Shown: positions 32,612-41,844 of the stretch, one piece after another
Position numbering within the stretch: the stretch's first letter is position 1
Layout of the letters: the number at the start of each line of letters is the position of its first letter
Assembly: GCA_034679465.1 (NCBI GenBank)
Contig: JAXDAV010000075.1
Coordinates: 12,912-76,911 of the forward strand
Length of the DNA stretch: 64,000 nt
From: Candidatus Aminicenantes bacterium
Lineage (GTDB): Bacteria; Acidobacteriota; Aminicenantia; Aminicenantales; Saccharicenantaceae
Direction of reading: 5' to 3'
Program-made: the position numbers and the translations under genes
The notes under the pieces: model-generated
The model's database searches: none
What the model saw: the letters and a program-made list of their open reading frames with translations, nothing else
What the model was told of the DNA's origin: nothing

Positions 32612-33021
32612 GGCACCAGGTCAAAAGAGGGAATCTGGGGCGGAACACCGCCCACCGCCGGGCGCTCCTGCGCAACCTCGTGACGTCCTTCCTCGAGCGG
32701 GAGCGGATCCGGACGACCTTGACCAAGGCCCGGGAGACCCGGCCCATCGCCGAGAAGATGATCACCCTGGCCAAGCGCGGGACCCTCCATGCCCGGCGCC
32801 AGGCCCTGGCCTATATGACCAAGGAAGAGGCGGTCAAGAAGCTGTTCGAGGACATCGGGCCCCGCTTCGCCGAGCGCCCGGGCGGCTACACCCGGATCGT
32901 CAAGCTCGACCGCCGGGCCGGCGACGGGGCCGCCATGGCCATGCTCGAGCTGGTCGGCTCGGAGTTCAAGGCCAAGGCCAAGAAGAAGAAAAAGGACGCC
33001 AAGAAGCCCGCGGCGAAGTAG
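32608..33021 (+). CDS. rplQ: 50S ribosomal protein L17
   Basis: [25 protein letters not shown]. Confidence 0.97.
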   Translation: MRHQVKRGNLGRNTAHRRALLRNLVTSFLERERIRTTLTKARETRPIAEKMITLAKRGTLHARRQALAYMTKEEAVKKLFEDIGPRFAERPGGYTRIVKLDRRAGDGAAMAMLELVGSEFKAKAKKKKKDAKKPAAK

Positions 33022-33030
33022 CGCTCTTCC

Positions 33031-33067
33031 GGGGACAGGTCCACCTCGTACGTGTCCCCATTTTTTT
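33031..33067 (+). terminator. probable intrinsic terminator of the alpha operon, built from a GGGGACA/TGTCCCC palindrome
   Basis: GGGGACA...TGTCCCC stem followed by A and T7, directly after the rplQ stop. Confidence 0.6.
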
Positions 33068-33122
33068 GCCCAAGATCCCCTGGCAGGGGACACGTCAGCG
33101 GAGCTATCTATCCCGATATTTC

Positions 33123-33161
33123 GCAGAAATCCGGCGGAGATACATGGAGCCGGATTTCTGC
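33123..33161. terminator. 13-bp stem-loop between convergent rplQ and NlpC/P60 genes
   Basis: GCAGAAATCCGGC ... GCCGGATTTCTGC perfect inverted repeat. Confidence 0.5.
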
Positions 33162-33175
33162 TCCGTTCGCTCCGC

Positions 33176-34084
33176 TCACTTCGGTCGGCGGGCGGCCTGG
33201 TAGATCTTGTCCCAGCGCTCTTCCTTGAGATCGTCGATCCGGACGCAGGGCGTCGCGTAGGTCGTGGCGTTGATGAACAGCCGGTCGTCGATCATCAGCC
33301 CGACGTGGCTGATCTTGTCGAGGGCCCGCCCGAAGAAGACGAGATCCCCGGCCCGGGCCTGGTCCTTGGGGACCTCCAGGAGCCCGCTGTCGGTCATCTG
33401 GATGTCGGCGTCGCGCAGGATGGGGATGCCGGACATCTTGTAGACGAGCTGGACGAATCCGGAGCAGTCGACGCCGAGCGGGGAAGTCCCGCCCCAGAGG
33501 TAGTTGATCCCGAGGAAGCGCTTCGACAGGGCGATCATGTCGGCCACGGGTCGGCGCGGCCAGGTCCAGGGCGCCTCGCGAACGTCGCCGTCGCCCTGTT
33601 GGATCCAGGCCCTGTGGCCGCAGGGCAGGACGACCTCGAGCCAGCGCTCGCCTTTCTCGCCGACGACCTCGAGGACGGCGCTGATGGGGGCGACCTTGAG
33701 CGGCTTGTGCTTGGTGACATCGGGTTCGCGGTAGGCGTTGGCCATCAGGGCGGAGACGACAAAGACTTTCCCGGCCGAGGCGTAGGGCTTGTCGCCCGGC
33801 GCGAGGACGCGCAGGGACGAGGCCTTGACCCAGCCTTGGTAGGCGTCGGGGGTCTCGATCTGGGCCCAATCCTCGCCGGCGGCGTTCTTCTCGGTCTTCA
33901 GGACCTTGACGTTCTCGCCGAGCTTGGCCTGGCTGACGACGTCGATGTCCTCGGTGGCGCTCCGGAACATGTTCTCGACGGAGCTCTTCACGACGGCCGT
34001 GACGGGGCCGGCCGGGTCTTGGCCGACCAGGGCCAGGGCGGGGGAGAGGGCGATCAAGAGAGCCGAGATCAGGACCTTGGCCAT
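33176..34084 (-). CDS. SH3b-NlpC/P60 cell-wall peptidase (YkfC-like gamma-D-Glu-diamino-acid endopeptidase), with signal peptide
   Basis: YLWGG...GVDCSGFVQLVY, RDAD, SHVGL; two SH3-like segments; GAGGAGG RBS before ATG 34084. Confidence 0.85.
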   Translation of the reverse strand: MAKVLISALLIALSPALALVGQDPAGPVTAVVKSSVENMFRSATEDIDVVSQAKLGENVKVLKTEKNAAGEDWAQIETPDAYQGWVKASSLRVLAPGDKPYASAGKVFVVSALMANAYREPDVTKHKPLKVAPISAVLEVVGEKGERWLEVVLPCGHRAWIQQGDGDVREAPWTWPRRPVADMIALSKRFLGINYLWGGTSPLGVDCSGFVQLVYKMSGIPILRDADIQMTDSGLLEVPKDQARAGDLVFFGRALDKISHVGLMIDDRLFINATTYATPCVRIDDLKEERWDKIYQAARRPK

Positions 34085-34129
34085 ATGGCACCTCCTCGCG
34101 AATATCCGAAGGACTATCATAGCCCTACT

Positions 34130-34237
34130 AAATCCGGGACACAATACCATTTTCCGAATTTCCCCGCCGAATCTCCCCCAGGCCTGGTCGGCAGAGACTT
34201 ATCGGGAATTCGGAAAATGGTATTGTGTCCCCGATTT
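34130..34237. repeat. REPIN/MITE-like element with ~35-bp near-perfect inverted arms
   Basis: AAATCCGGGACACAATACCATTTTCCGAATTTCCC ... GGGAATTCGGAAAATGGTATTGTGTCCCCGATTT. Confidence 0.8.
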
Positions 34238-34267
34238 CTATTATAATGCCCGGAAGAGAGGTGCCCC

Positions 34268-35395
34268 ATGGATCGCAAAGAATTCCTCAAGCTCGGACTC
34301 ACGGCGGCCGCCGGCACGATGTTGGCCGGCTGTTCGCCGGCCCCCCAAAGCCCCAAGGCCCCGTCCTCCGGCCCGGCGCGGCTGACGGTCAAGATCCACG
34401 ACCTGAAGCTCCGCTATGCCTGGGGCCTGTCGCGCGGGACCTGGACGACGCGGACCAACGCCTTCATCCGTCTCGAGCGCGACGGCATCGTCGCCTACGG
34501 CGAGGCCGCCCCGATCGCCCGCTACAGCGAGACCGCCGAGAGCGCCGCGGCCTTCATCGAGAAAGCCCGGCCCATCCTGGACCGGGACCTCGGCGACTAC
34601 GCGGTGCGCTTCGCCGAGATCGAGGCCCTCGGCCCCGGCGAGCACGCGGCCAAGGCCGCCCTCGACATCGCCATCCTGGACTGGGTCAGCAAGTCGCTCG
34701 GCCTCCCCCTCTGGCGGTTGCTCGGGCTCGGCCGGGACAAGGTCGTGACCACGACGTACACCATCGGCATCGACGAGATCCCGGTCATGCAGGAGAAGCT
34801 CCGGGAGGCCTCCGACTTCGGCGTCTACAAGATCAAGGTCGGCACGGCCGACGACCGGAAGATCATCGAGGCCATCCGCGAGGTCACGGACAAGCCCCTG
34901 CGGGCCGACGCCAACGAGGGCTGGAAGACCAAGGAAGAGGCCCTGGAGATGATCAACTGGATGGCCGGCCTCGGGGTCGAGCTCATCGAGCAGCCGCTCC
35001 CCGCGGCCCAGCTCGAGGACTACGCCTGGCTCAAGGACAGGGTCAAGATCCCGGTCTTCGCCGACGAGAGCCTGATCCTTCCCTCGGACCTGCCCCGGAT
35101 CGCCCCGTACGTCCACGGCGTCAACGTCAAGCTGATGAAGTGCGGCGGCGTCCAGGAGGGCGTCAAGCTGGCGGCCATGGGCCGGGCCCTCGGGCTCAAG
35201 CTGATGATCGGCTGCATGATCGAGAGCTCGGTCGGCATCGCCGCCGGCGCGGCCGTGGCCTCGCTCTTCGACTACGCCGACCTCGACGGCACCCTGCTCA
35301 TCTCGAACGACCCGTTCCGCGGCTTCGAGATCGTCAAGGACCGGCTCATCCTCGGCGACAAGCCGGGATTGGGCGTCGAGGACGGGCTCTTCTAG
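34268..35395 (+). CDS. L-Ala-D/L-Glu dipeptide epimerase (enolase superfamily) with Tat-like lipoprotein signal
   Basis: YKIKVG (KxK), DANEG, EQP, ADES, KLMKCGG, DLDG; N-terminus MDRKEFLK...LAGC. Confidence 0.88.
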   Translation: MDRKEFLKLGLTAAAGTMLAGCSPAPQSPKAPSSGPARLTVKIHDLKLRYAWGLSRGTWTTRTNAFIRLERDGIVAYGEAAPIARYSETAESAAAFIEKARPILDRDLGDYAVRFAEIEALGPGEHAAKAALDIAILDWVSKSLGLPLWRLLGLGRDKVVTTTYTIGIDEIPVMQEKLREASDFGVYKIKVGTADDRKIIEAIREVTDKPLRADANEGWKTKEEALEMINWMAGLGVELIEQPLPAAQLEDYAWLKDRVKIPVFADESLILPSDLPRIAPYVHGVNVKLMKCGGVQEGVKLAAMGRALGLKLMIGCMIESSVGIAAGAAVASLFDYADLDGTLLISNDPFRGFEIVKDRLILGDKPGLGVEDGLF

Positions 35396-35408
35396 CCCGG
35401 ACTATTCA

Positions 35409-35460
35409 TAAAAACGCCGGTTTTCTCATAAGACAAGAAAACCCAAGACCGGCGTTTTTA
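35409..35460. terminator. probable bidirectional terminator between convergent epimerase and MltD-like genes
   Basis: TAAAAACGCCGGT ... ACCGGCGTTTTTA 13-bp inverted repeat with A/T tails. Confidence 0.6.
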
Positions 35461-35474
35461 CCCTTCGGGCCGGC

Positions 35475-37103
35475 TCAGGACTTGCCGACTTCAATGACCA
35501 GCTTCTGGCCGACGGCGATGATGTCCGAGGAGATGTTGTTGGCGGCCTTGATCCTCTCCACGGTCGTCCCGTAGGTCTTGGCGATCTGGAAGAGGTTGTC
35601 CCCCAGCTTGACGATGTGCGTCACCGTCTCGCCCGGCTTCGCGGCGGGAGCCGGGGCCGCCGAGGAGGCTTCGACGCCGCCCCGCGAGGGGATGCGAAGG
35701 ACCTGGCGCGGGCGGATGAGGTTCGAGCGGAGGCCGTTGAGGCTCATGATGGCGTTCACGGACGTCCGGTAGCGGCGGGCGATGGCCCCGAGGGTGTCGC
35801 CGGCCCGGACGGTGTACCGGTCCGTGACCACGTCCGGGGGGATATACTGGGGCAGGGAAGCGATGCAGGCCAGGCACTCGTCCCCGGAGCCGGCCGGCAC
35901 GCGGAGGTCGTAGGGATAGTTGGGGGTCGAGTCGTGGCGGAGCTCGGAGTTGAGGGTGACGAGGAGGGCCGGGTCGAGGCCGAGGTTCTGGGACAGCGTG
36001 GCCAGCTTGACCGCCGCGTTGACCTTGACCGATTCGAATCGGAGCGGCGGGTCGGGCGCGGGCAGCTGGAAGCCGTACTTGGCCGGATCGCCGACGATGA
36101 GGAGCGTGGCGATGAACCGCGGCACGTGCCGGGCCGTTTCGAAGGGCAGGTTGGCGAAAATGTCCCAGAAGCTGTCGAAGTAGTCGACCTTCTGGGCCCG
36201 GATGACCCTCTGGACGGCCGCCTCGCCGCAGTTGTAGGCGGCGACGGCCGTCGTCCAGTCGCCGAACATGTCGTGGAGCTCGATCATGTACTGGATGGCG
36301 GCCCGCGTCGCCTTGACCGGGTCCATGCGCTCATCGACGTACTTGTCCTGCTTGAGGCCGTAGCGATAGCCGGTCGAGCGGATGAACTGCCACATGCCCA
36401 GGGCCCGGGCCCGGGACAGGGCCCGCGGCTTGAAGGCGCTCTCGATGAGCGGGATCCAGGCCAGCTGCTCCGGCAGACGCTCCCGGCGCAGCTCCTCGAG
36501 GATCATGTCCCGGTACAGGCCCGAGCGACGGAAGGCCTCCTCGAAGGCCCGTCTCTCCACGGTCTGGAACGACTTGATCTCGCGCTGGACCCACTGGTTC
36601 TCGACGAGCGGGATCGAGCCGTTGACCGATGAGGCCAGGGTCGTCCGGGAGACGGAGATCTTCTGGATGCGCTGGGCGATGAGGAGGCGGAGGTCCTGCT
36701 TTTCCTGGAGGAGCGGGGAGTCGGCCGGGACGGACATCCTGACGAGAAGGCCGTAGGCCTCGTCGAGCTTGGCCAGGGCTCCGTCCATATCCTCGCGCGC
36801 GATGGCCTCCTGGGCTTCCTCATAGGCCGCAAAGGCGTCTTCGAGAAGGGTCGCGGCGTCTTTTTCCGTCGCTTCTTCGCCGGCGGCCTGGGCCTGCCGG
36901 GCTTCCTCGCCGGCGGAAAGCGCGGCCTCGACGGCCGGTTCCGCGGGCTTGTCGGACTGCGACAGGGCCTCCGTGACGGCCGGGGGGGGGACCGGGTTGG
37001 GTGCGGTCGCCGCGGGCCGGGGTGTGGAAGAACAGGCCGCGAGCAGGAGAAGGACGAACGGGAAGGCGGCCCAGACGGGGGACAAGCGTCGTTGATACTT
37101 CAT
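35475..37103 (-). CDS. MltD-like lytic transglycosylase lipoprotein with LysM domains
   Basis: Lipobox LAAC; IES, ALGMWQF, AAYNCG, ETARHV SLT motifs; C-terminal LysM repeats (YTVRAGDTL, HIVKLGDNL). Confidence 0.88.
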   Translation of the reverse strand: MKYQRRLSPVWAAFPFVLLLLAACSSTPRPAATAPNPVPPPAVTEALSQSDKPAEPAVEAALSAGEEARQAQAAGEEATEKDAATLLEDAFAAYEEAQEAIAREDMDGALAKLDEAYGLLVRMSVPADSPLLQEKQDLRLLIAQRIQKISVSRTTLASSVNGSIPLVENQWVQREIKSFQTVERRAFEEAFRRSGLYRDMILEELRRERLPEQLAWIPLIESAFKPRALSRARALGMWQFIRSTGYRYGLKQDKYVDERMDPVKATRAAIQYMIELHDMFGDWTTAVAAYNCGEAAVQRVIRAQKVDYFDSFWDIFANLPFETARHVPRFIATLLIVGDPAKYGFQLPAPDPPLRFESVKVNAAVKLATLSQNLGLDPALLVTLNSELRHDSTPNYPYDLRVPAGSGDECLACIASLPQYIPPDVVTDRYTVRAGDTLGAIARRYRTSVNAIMSLNGLRSNLIRPRQVLRIPSRGGVEASSAAPAPAAKPGETVTHIVKLGDNLFQIAKTYGTTVERIKAANNISSDIIAVGQKLVIEVGKS

Positions 37104-37166
37104 TTCAAACACGTTATATACCACAGACGCGGGGGACCGTCAACGCCGAAAGGGGGTATCCTGGGC

Positions 37167-38138
37167 TCAGGAGGCCCGGCGATGCCACTGCCAGGCCGTC
37201 CCGACGATCGTCTCGAGCGACGACAAGCGCGCTTTCCAGCCGAGCGCCTTCTCGGCCCTGGCCTTCGAGGCCAGGAGCACGGCCACGTCGCCCTGACGCC
37301 TGGCCGTGATGTCGTACGGGACCGGCCGGCCGGTCACTTTTTCGGCCGTCCGGATGACCTCGAGGACGGAGTGGCCTTCCTCGGTGCCGAGGTTGATGAC
37401 ATCGCCGGGACCGCCGGCGAGCAGGGATTTCAAGGCCAGGACGTGGGCCGCGGCCAGGTCGGTGACGTGGATGTAATCCCTGACGGCCGTCCCGTCGGGG
37501 GTGGGGAAGTCCCCGCCGAAGACCTGCAGCCGGGGTCTCTTCCCGAGCAAGCCAAGGAGGATGTTGGGCACGAGGTGGGTCTCGGGATCATGGCATTCCC
37601 CGGCCGTCCCGTCGACGGCCGCGCCCGCGGCGTTGAAGTAGCGGAGTGAGATCGAGCGCAGGCCGTGGGCCCGCTCGTAGTCGCGGAGGATCTCCTCGAC
37701 CATGCGCTTGGCCCGGCCGTAGGGATTGGCCGGCCGCGTCGGGTGGTCCTCGGGGATGGGCGTCCGCTCCGGCTCCCCGTAGACGGCCGCGGTCGAGGAA
37801 AAGATCAGGGCCTCGGTCCCGGCCTCGATCATGGCGTCGAACAGGTTCAGGCTCGTTGTCAGGTTGTGGGTGTAGTATTTCCGGGGGTCGTCGAAGGACT
37901 CGCCGACCCGGATGAGGGAGGCGAAATGGAGGACCGCCCCGATCGGGCGCTCGCGGAAGACCCGCCGCAGGGCCTCCCGGTCGAGGAGGTCGGCCTTGAC
38001 GAAGGGGACGGGGCCGATGAGCTCCTCGCGGCCGCTCGAGAGATTGTCGAGGACGAGGACCTCGAAGCCCTCGCGGACGAGCTCCTTGACCGTGTGCGAG
38101 CCGATGTAGCCGGCGCCGCCGGCGACGAGGACGGTCAT
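37167..38138 (-). CDS. galE: UDP-glucose 4-epimerase
   Basis: GGAGYIGSH, FSSTAAVYG, YGRAK, LRYFNAAGA, RDYIHV. Confidence 0.93.
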   Translation of the reverse strand: MTVLVAGGAGYIGSHTVKELVREGFEVLVLDNLSSGREELIGPVPFVKADLLDREALRRVFRERPIGAVLHFASLIRVGESFDDPRKYYTHNLTTSLNLFDAMIEAGTEALIFSSTAAVYGEPERTPIPEDHPTRPANPYGRAKRMVEEILRDYERAHGLRSISLRYFNAAGAAVDGTAGECHDPETHLVPNILLGLLGKRPRLQVFGGDFPTPDGTAVRDYIHVTDLAAAHVLALKSLLAGGPGDVINLGTEEGHSVLEVIRTAEKVTGRPVPYDITARRQGDVAVLLASKARAEKALGWKARLSSLETIVGTAWQWHRRAS

Positions 38139-39583
38139 GCGGCCGTCCTTTCGATGAGGCGCCGCGCCCGCTCGAGGCCCGCGGCCTTGGTCTCGAAGCG
38201 GTTGTCGAGCTGGGCCGCGTAGAGCTTCTTGAGGAGCCGCCCCATCTCCGGCCCGGGCGGAACGCCCAGCTTGATGAGGTCGCGGCCCATGACCAGGGGC
38301 TTGATGGTCTCCCGGCTGACCCGGAGCTCCTCGAACTTCTTGAACAGCCAGCGGGCCTGGCGGTCGAGGCCGCGGACGAGCCGCGCGCCCCGGCCGGCCC
38401 GGTCGGCCGCGTCGAGGAGGACGACCAGCTCGATCTCGCCCCGGACGTCCGCGGCCAGGCGGTTGAAGGCCTTCCGGGTGACCGCTTCGCGGTTGGTCCA
38501 GAGCTCCCCGGCCCGGTGGTGGGCCCGGATGAGCAGAGGGACCATGCGGCCGATGGGGTAGCCGTTCCAGGTCTGGACCTTGAACCGGAGAAGGACCCGG
38601 CGGGCCGCCCGCTCGCTCTGGATGTCATGGCCGGCGGAGGTCACGGCCATCCGGCCCCGCTTGTACTCCCAGCGCGTCGTGGCGGCCTTGCCGAGGTCAT
38701 GATAGAGGGCCGCCAGAAGCAGGGCCAGGCGCCTCGGCTTCTCGAGCCCGGCCGACCTCCGGGCCAGGGCCGCGGCCTGATCGACGGTGAGCTTGGCGTG
38801 GGCCCAGACCGTGTGGTGGCCATGGGCGTCCCGCTCGGGATGGAAGAGGGGATCCTGGATGACCAGGGCCAGGGCCTGGAGCTCGGGGAACCATTGCTCG
38901 AGGACGCCGAGGCGGAACATCTCCTCGAGCCCGACCGACGGCCGGGGCGAATCGAGGAGCATCCGGAACATCTCGTCGTTGACCCGCTCGACGCTGAGGC
39001 CGGCCAGGTCGACGGCCCGGGCGGCGGGGTAGATCGAGGGATCGACCTTGAAGCCCAGGACCGAAGCGAAGCGGGCCACCCGGACGACGCGCAGGGGATC
39101 GTCCGGGAAGGCCTCGGGGTTGGTCAGGCGGATGCGCCGGGCCAGGGTGTCCCGGCGGCCCTCGAAGGGGTCGATGAGCGTTCCGTCCTCGAGGCGGAGG
39201 GCCATGCTGTTGACCCTGAAATCGCGGCGCTCGAGGTCCTTTTCGACCGGCAGGTCCGGGTCGGCGGCGACGACGATGTCCTTGTGGCTCCTCGCGCCCT
39301 CGGCTCCGGCCCGGTCGATCCGCGGCAGGGCGATGTCGTAGGTCCGGCCCCGGATCACGAACTTGATGATGCCGAAGCTCTTGCCGACGAGATCGACCCG
39401 GCCGTGCTTCTCGAGCCTGCGGACGATCCTCTCGAGCGGGCGTCGGGTGACGAGCAGGTCCACCTCCGGCGAGGGGCGGCCACGGACGAGGTCGCGGACG
39501 AAGCCGCCGACGGCGTAGACGTCGCGGCCGAAGAGCCGGACGAAGAGCGCCCGGTCGGGGAAGTCGAAGGCGAGCTTGGTCAT
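38135..39583 (-). CDS. cca: class II tRNA nucleotidyltransferase (CCA-adding-like) with HD domain
   Basis: VGGFVRD, RRDFRVN, DDPLR, HTVWAH...YHDLGK; the true start ATG 39583 overlaps the upstream stop (ATGA). Confidence 0.8.
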   Translation of the reverse strand: MTKLAFDFPDRALFVRLFGRDVYAVGGFVRDLVRGRPSPEVDLLVTRRPLERIVRRLEKHGRVDLVGKSFGIIKFVIRGRTYDIALPRIDRAGAEGARSHKDIVVAADPDLPVEKDLERRDFRVNSMALRLEDGTLIDPFEGRRDTLARRIRLTNPEAFPDDPLRVVRVARFASVLGFKVDPSIYPAARAVDLAGLSVERVNDEMFRMLLDSPRPSVGLEEMFRLGVLEQWFPELQALALVIQDPLFHPERDAHGHHTVWAHAKLTVDQAAALARRSAGLEKPRRLALLLAALYHDLGKAATTRWEYKRGRMAVTSAGHDIQSERAARRVLLRFKVQTWNGYPIGRMVPLLIRAHHRAGELWTNREAVTRKAFNRLAADVRGEIELVVLLDAADRAGRGARLVRGLDRQARWLFKKFEELRVSRETIKPLVMGRDLIKLGVPPGPEMGRLLKKLYAAQLDNRFETKAAGLERARRLIERTAA

Positions 39584-40809
39584 TCCGCGGCCGGGAACTT
39601 CTCCAGGATATCCTTGACGGCGTCTTTGTGGACCATGAACATCAGGCACTTCAGGCGGATGTAGTCGTCCTGATAGAAGAAGTAGCCTTTGTGCTTGCCC
39701 CACCAGGCGTTCTCCCAGGAGTCCTTGACCAGGAACCAGTTGCCCGGGCCGGCCGACTCGAGGTAGCCGACGCAGTGGACGGCGTGGTCGTCGGTCGAGG
39801 AGCCGTTGGTGAAGCGGTATTCGCGGCTGGACTGGTCGATGTACGACGAGGGGATGTCGAAGGTGGGCACCATGGCCAGGTCGCTCGCGCCGCTGTAGCC
39901 GGGCTCGGAGAAATCGACGGCCAGGGTCGCCGTGTAGCCCTTGCGCAGGGCCCGGAGCAGGGACAGGGAGTATTCGTAGAGGGGCAGGTTGTGGTACCCG
40001 CGGCGGCGCGCCCAGTTGTCGGGGACGCGGAATTCCCCCCGCCTGTAGAAGGGGATATGCATGAAGCTGACGAAAGAGACGTAGTCGTCGGGCGCGAGCC
40101 CGAGCGAGGCCAGGTATTCGAGGGGCGTGAGGGAGCGGCCGTCGACGTCGATCCGGGCCGGGGGGCGACCCAGGTGCTTGTCCAGGATGGCCCGGACCCC
40201 GGCGATCGCGGCCGTCTCGTCCCAGGCGTTCTTGGCCGCGAGGTCTCTCAGGTGATCGCGGTACTCGCGGAAGAGGGCCGCGTGGTCGTGGGCGGTCCGG
40301 CCGTCGAGGAGGCCCGTGTAGTCGGAGTCGCGGACGATCCCGTATTGCTTGACCCGGGCCAAGGCCGAATCGGGCTGGGAGCCCTGGCCGAGGTAGGAAT
40401 TCCCCTTCTCCCGGATGAAGCGGCGGGCCTTTTCGACATACTCCCAATAGACCGTGTGCAGGGGAGACAGCCTGACCTCGGCCCGTCCGCGCCGCCGCAG
40501 CTCGGATTCGAGGAAGGAAGTGGCCGCGAACGACCAGCAGGCCCCTGTCCGGCCCTGCGGGACGGGCGGCAGATGGAAGGACCTGGTGAACTCGAGGGGG
40601 CCGGCGGGATGGGGGAATCCCGTGAGGTCGGCCGCGAGGAAAGCCGGGTCCCCGCCTTCGGGCCTTTCGGGAACGTAGACGGCCGCGTCGCGCTTGGGCT
40701 GTCCCGGCCCCGCGGCCCCCGCGGCGGGCCCCCTCTTGCCGCAGGACAGGCAGAGCCCCGCGGCGACGATCGGGACGAGGCCCCATCCGGCCAGCTGGCG
40801 CATGGTCAT
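39580..40809 (-). CDS. papain-like C1 family peptidase (aminopeptidase C-like), probable lipoprotein
   Basis: QGRTGACWSF, DDHAVHCVG, VKDSW; lipobox-like LSC. Confidence 0.8.
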   Translation of the reverse strand: MTMRQLAGWGLVPIVAAGLCLSCGKRGPAAGAAGPGQPKRDAAVYVPERPEGGDPAFLAADLTGFPHPAGPLEFTRSFHLPPVPQGRTGACWSFAATSFLESELRRRGRAEVRLSPLHTVYWEYVEKARRFIREKGNSYLGQGSQPDSALARVKQYGIVRDSDYTGLLDGRTAHDHAALFREYRDHLRDLAAKNAWDETAAIAGVRAILDKHLGRPPARIDVDGRSLTPLEYLASLGLAPDDYVSFVSFMHIPFYRRGEFRVPDNWARRRGYHNLPLYEYSLSLLRALRKGYTATLAVDFSEPGYSGASDLAMVPTFDIPSSYIDQSSREYRFTNGSSTDDHAVHCVGYLESAGPGNWFLVKDSWENAWWGKHKGYFFYQDDYIRLKCLMFMVHKDAVKDILEKFPAAE

Positions 40810-40953
40810 CGGTCTTCCTCCTCTGGGGATCATGCCCCGGGCATGGACCCTCATTATAGGGCCCCCGGCCCCCGACTGCAACGTCCCCGTTTTCCCGGTC
40901 TCCGCCCGATGTCCTTGTCAGCCGGGCCGGTTTTAGGTATCCTGAAGAAAGAC

Positions 40954-41844
40954 ATGAACGCTCAGAATCGCTCGACGGCCTCGGCGCTGGGCGCCGCGTC
41001 CCTGGCTCTCATGCTGATACTGGCCGGGCCGGGCGCTCGGGCCGACACGGCGCCGGCCGCGGCGAAGGACGACGTCCGCCTCGCCCTCAAAGAGAAGGTC
41101 ATCCGGGACCTGAGCTCGACGGGGCTCGTCCTGGCCTTCCACGTCGCCGTCACAAATCCCGCTTCCTCGCCGCGCGACCTCGTCCGCTACCGCTACCGCG
41201 TCCGGATCGACCAGAAGGAGTACATCAACACGGCCGTCGCCCTGGACGCGCCCCTGACCGTGCCGGCGGACGGCGAGACCCTCATCGCCCTGCCGGTCAA
41301 GATCACCTACGAGCTCCTTCGGCAGGCCGTCGGCCCGATCGAGGGCCAGGCCCTCTGCGACATCGTCGGCGACATGTACTTCCTGAACGAGCGCAGGCGG
41401 GAGCAGAAGGCGTCCTTCGCCTTCAGCGGGGAGTTCCCCATCTTCCGGGACCCCGAGGTCGACCTGCTGCCCCTCGAAGTCCTCGACCTGACCGTGGGCG
41501 GGGCCGACGTCGTCTTCCGGCCGCGGTTCCGGAACGCGAACGGCTATGACCTGCTCGTCGACGCGATCGATTTCGAGCTCTTCTTCAGCGGGCGGCCGGT
41601 CCTGGCCGGGGCCATCGAGGGGGACAAGAGCCTGCCCCGGGCGGGCGAAAAGTCCTTTGCCCTGCCCTTCCTGGTGGATTTCTTCGAGGCGGGGGAGGAG
41701 GTCCGGGAGGGCTTCGCCAAGGACGAATTCCAGGGCCGCTTCGCCGGCCGGGTCGTCATCGCCTCGGTCTGGGGCCCGCTCGTCATCCGCTTCGACAAGA
41801 CCCAGGCGCTTCGCTTGGACAAGAAGATCAGAACCAGTAGCTGA
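40954..41844 (+). CDS. secreted protein with two LEA_2/WHy-like domains
   Basis: Signal peptide; two repeats of a beta-rich unit (VTNP / FRNANGY). Confidence 0.55.
   Translation: MNAQNRSTASALGAASLALMLILAGPGARADTAPAAAKDDVRLALKEKVIRDLSSTGLVLAFHVAVTNPASSPRDLVRYRYRVRIDQKEYINTAVALDAPLTVPADGETLIALPVKITYELLRQAVGPIEGQALCDIVGDMYFLNERRREQKASFAFSGEFPIFRDPEVDLLPLEVLDLTVGGADVVFRPRFRNANGYDLLVDAIDFELFFSGRPVLAGAIEGDKSLPRAGEKSFALPFLVDFFEAGEEVREGFAKDEFQGRFAGRVVIASVWGPLVIRFDKTQALRLDKKIRTSS

Noticed and set aside
38135-40786. 883-aa ORF suggesting a large CCA-enzyme fusion
   Set aside because: The N-terminal ~400 aa is an Arg/Pro-rich off-frame read of the C1 peptidase gene; the real start is ATG 39583 with an ATGA overlap.
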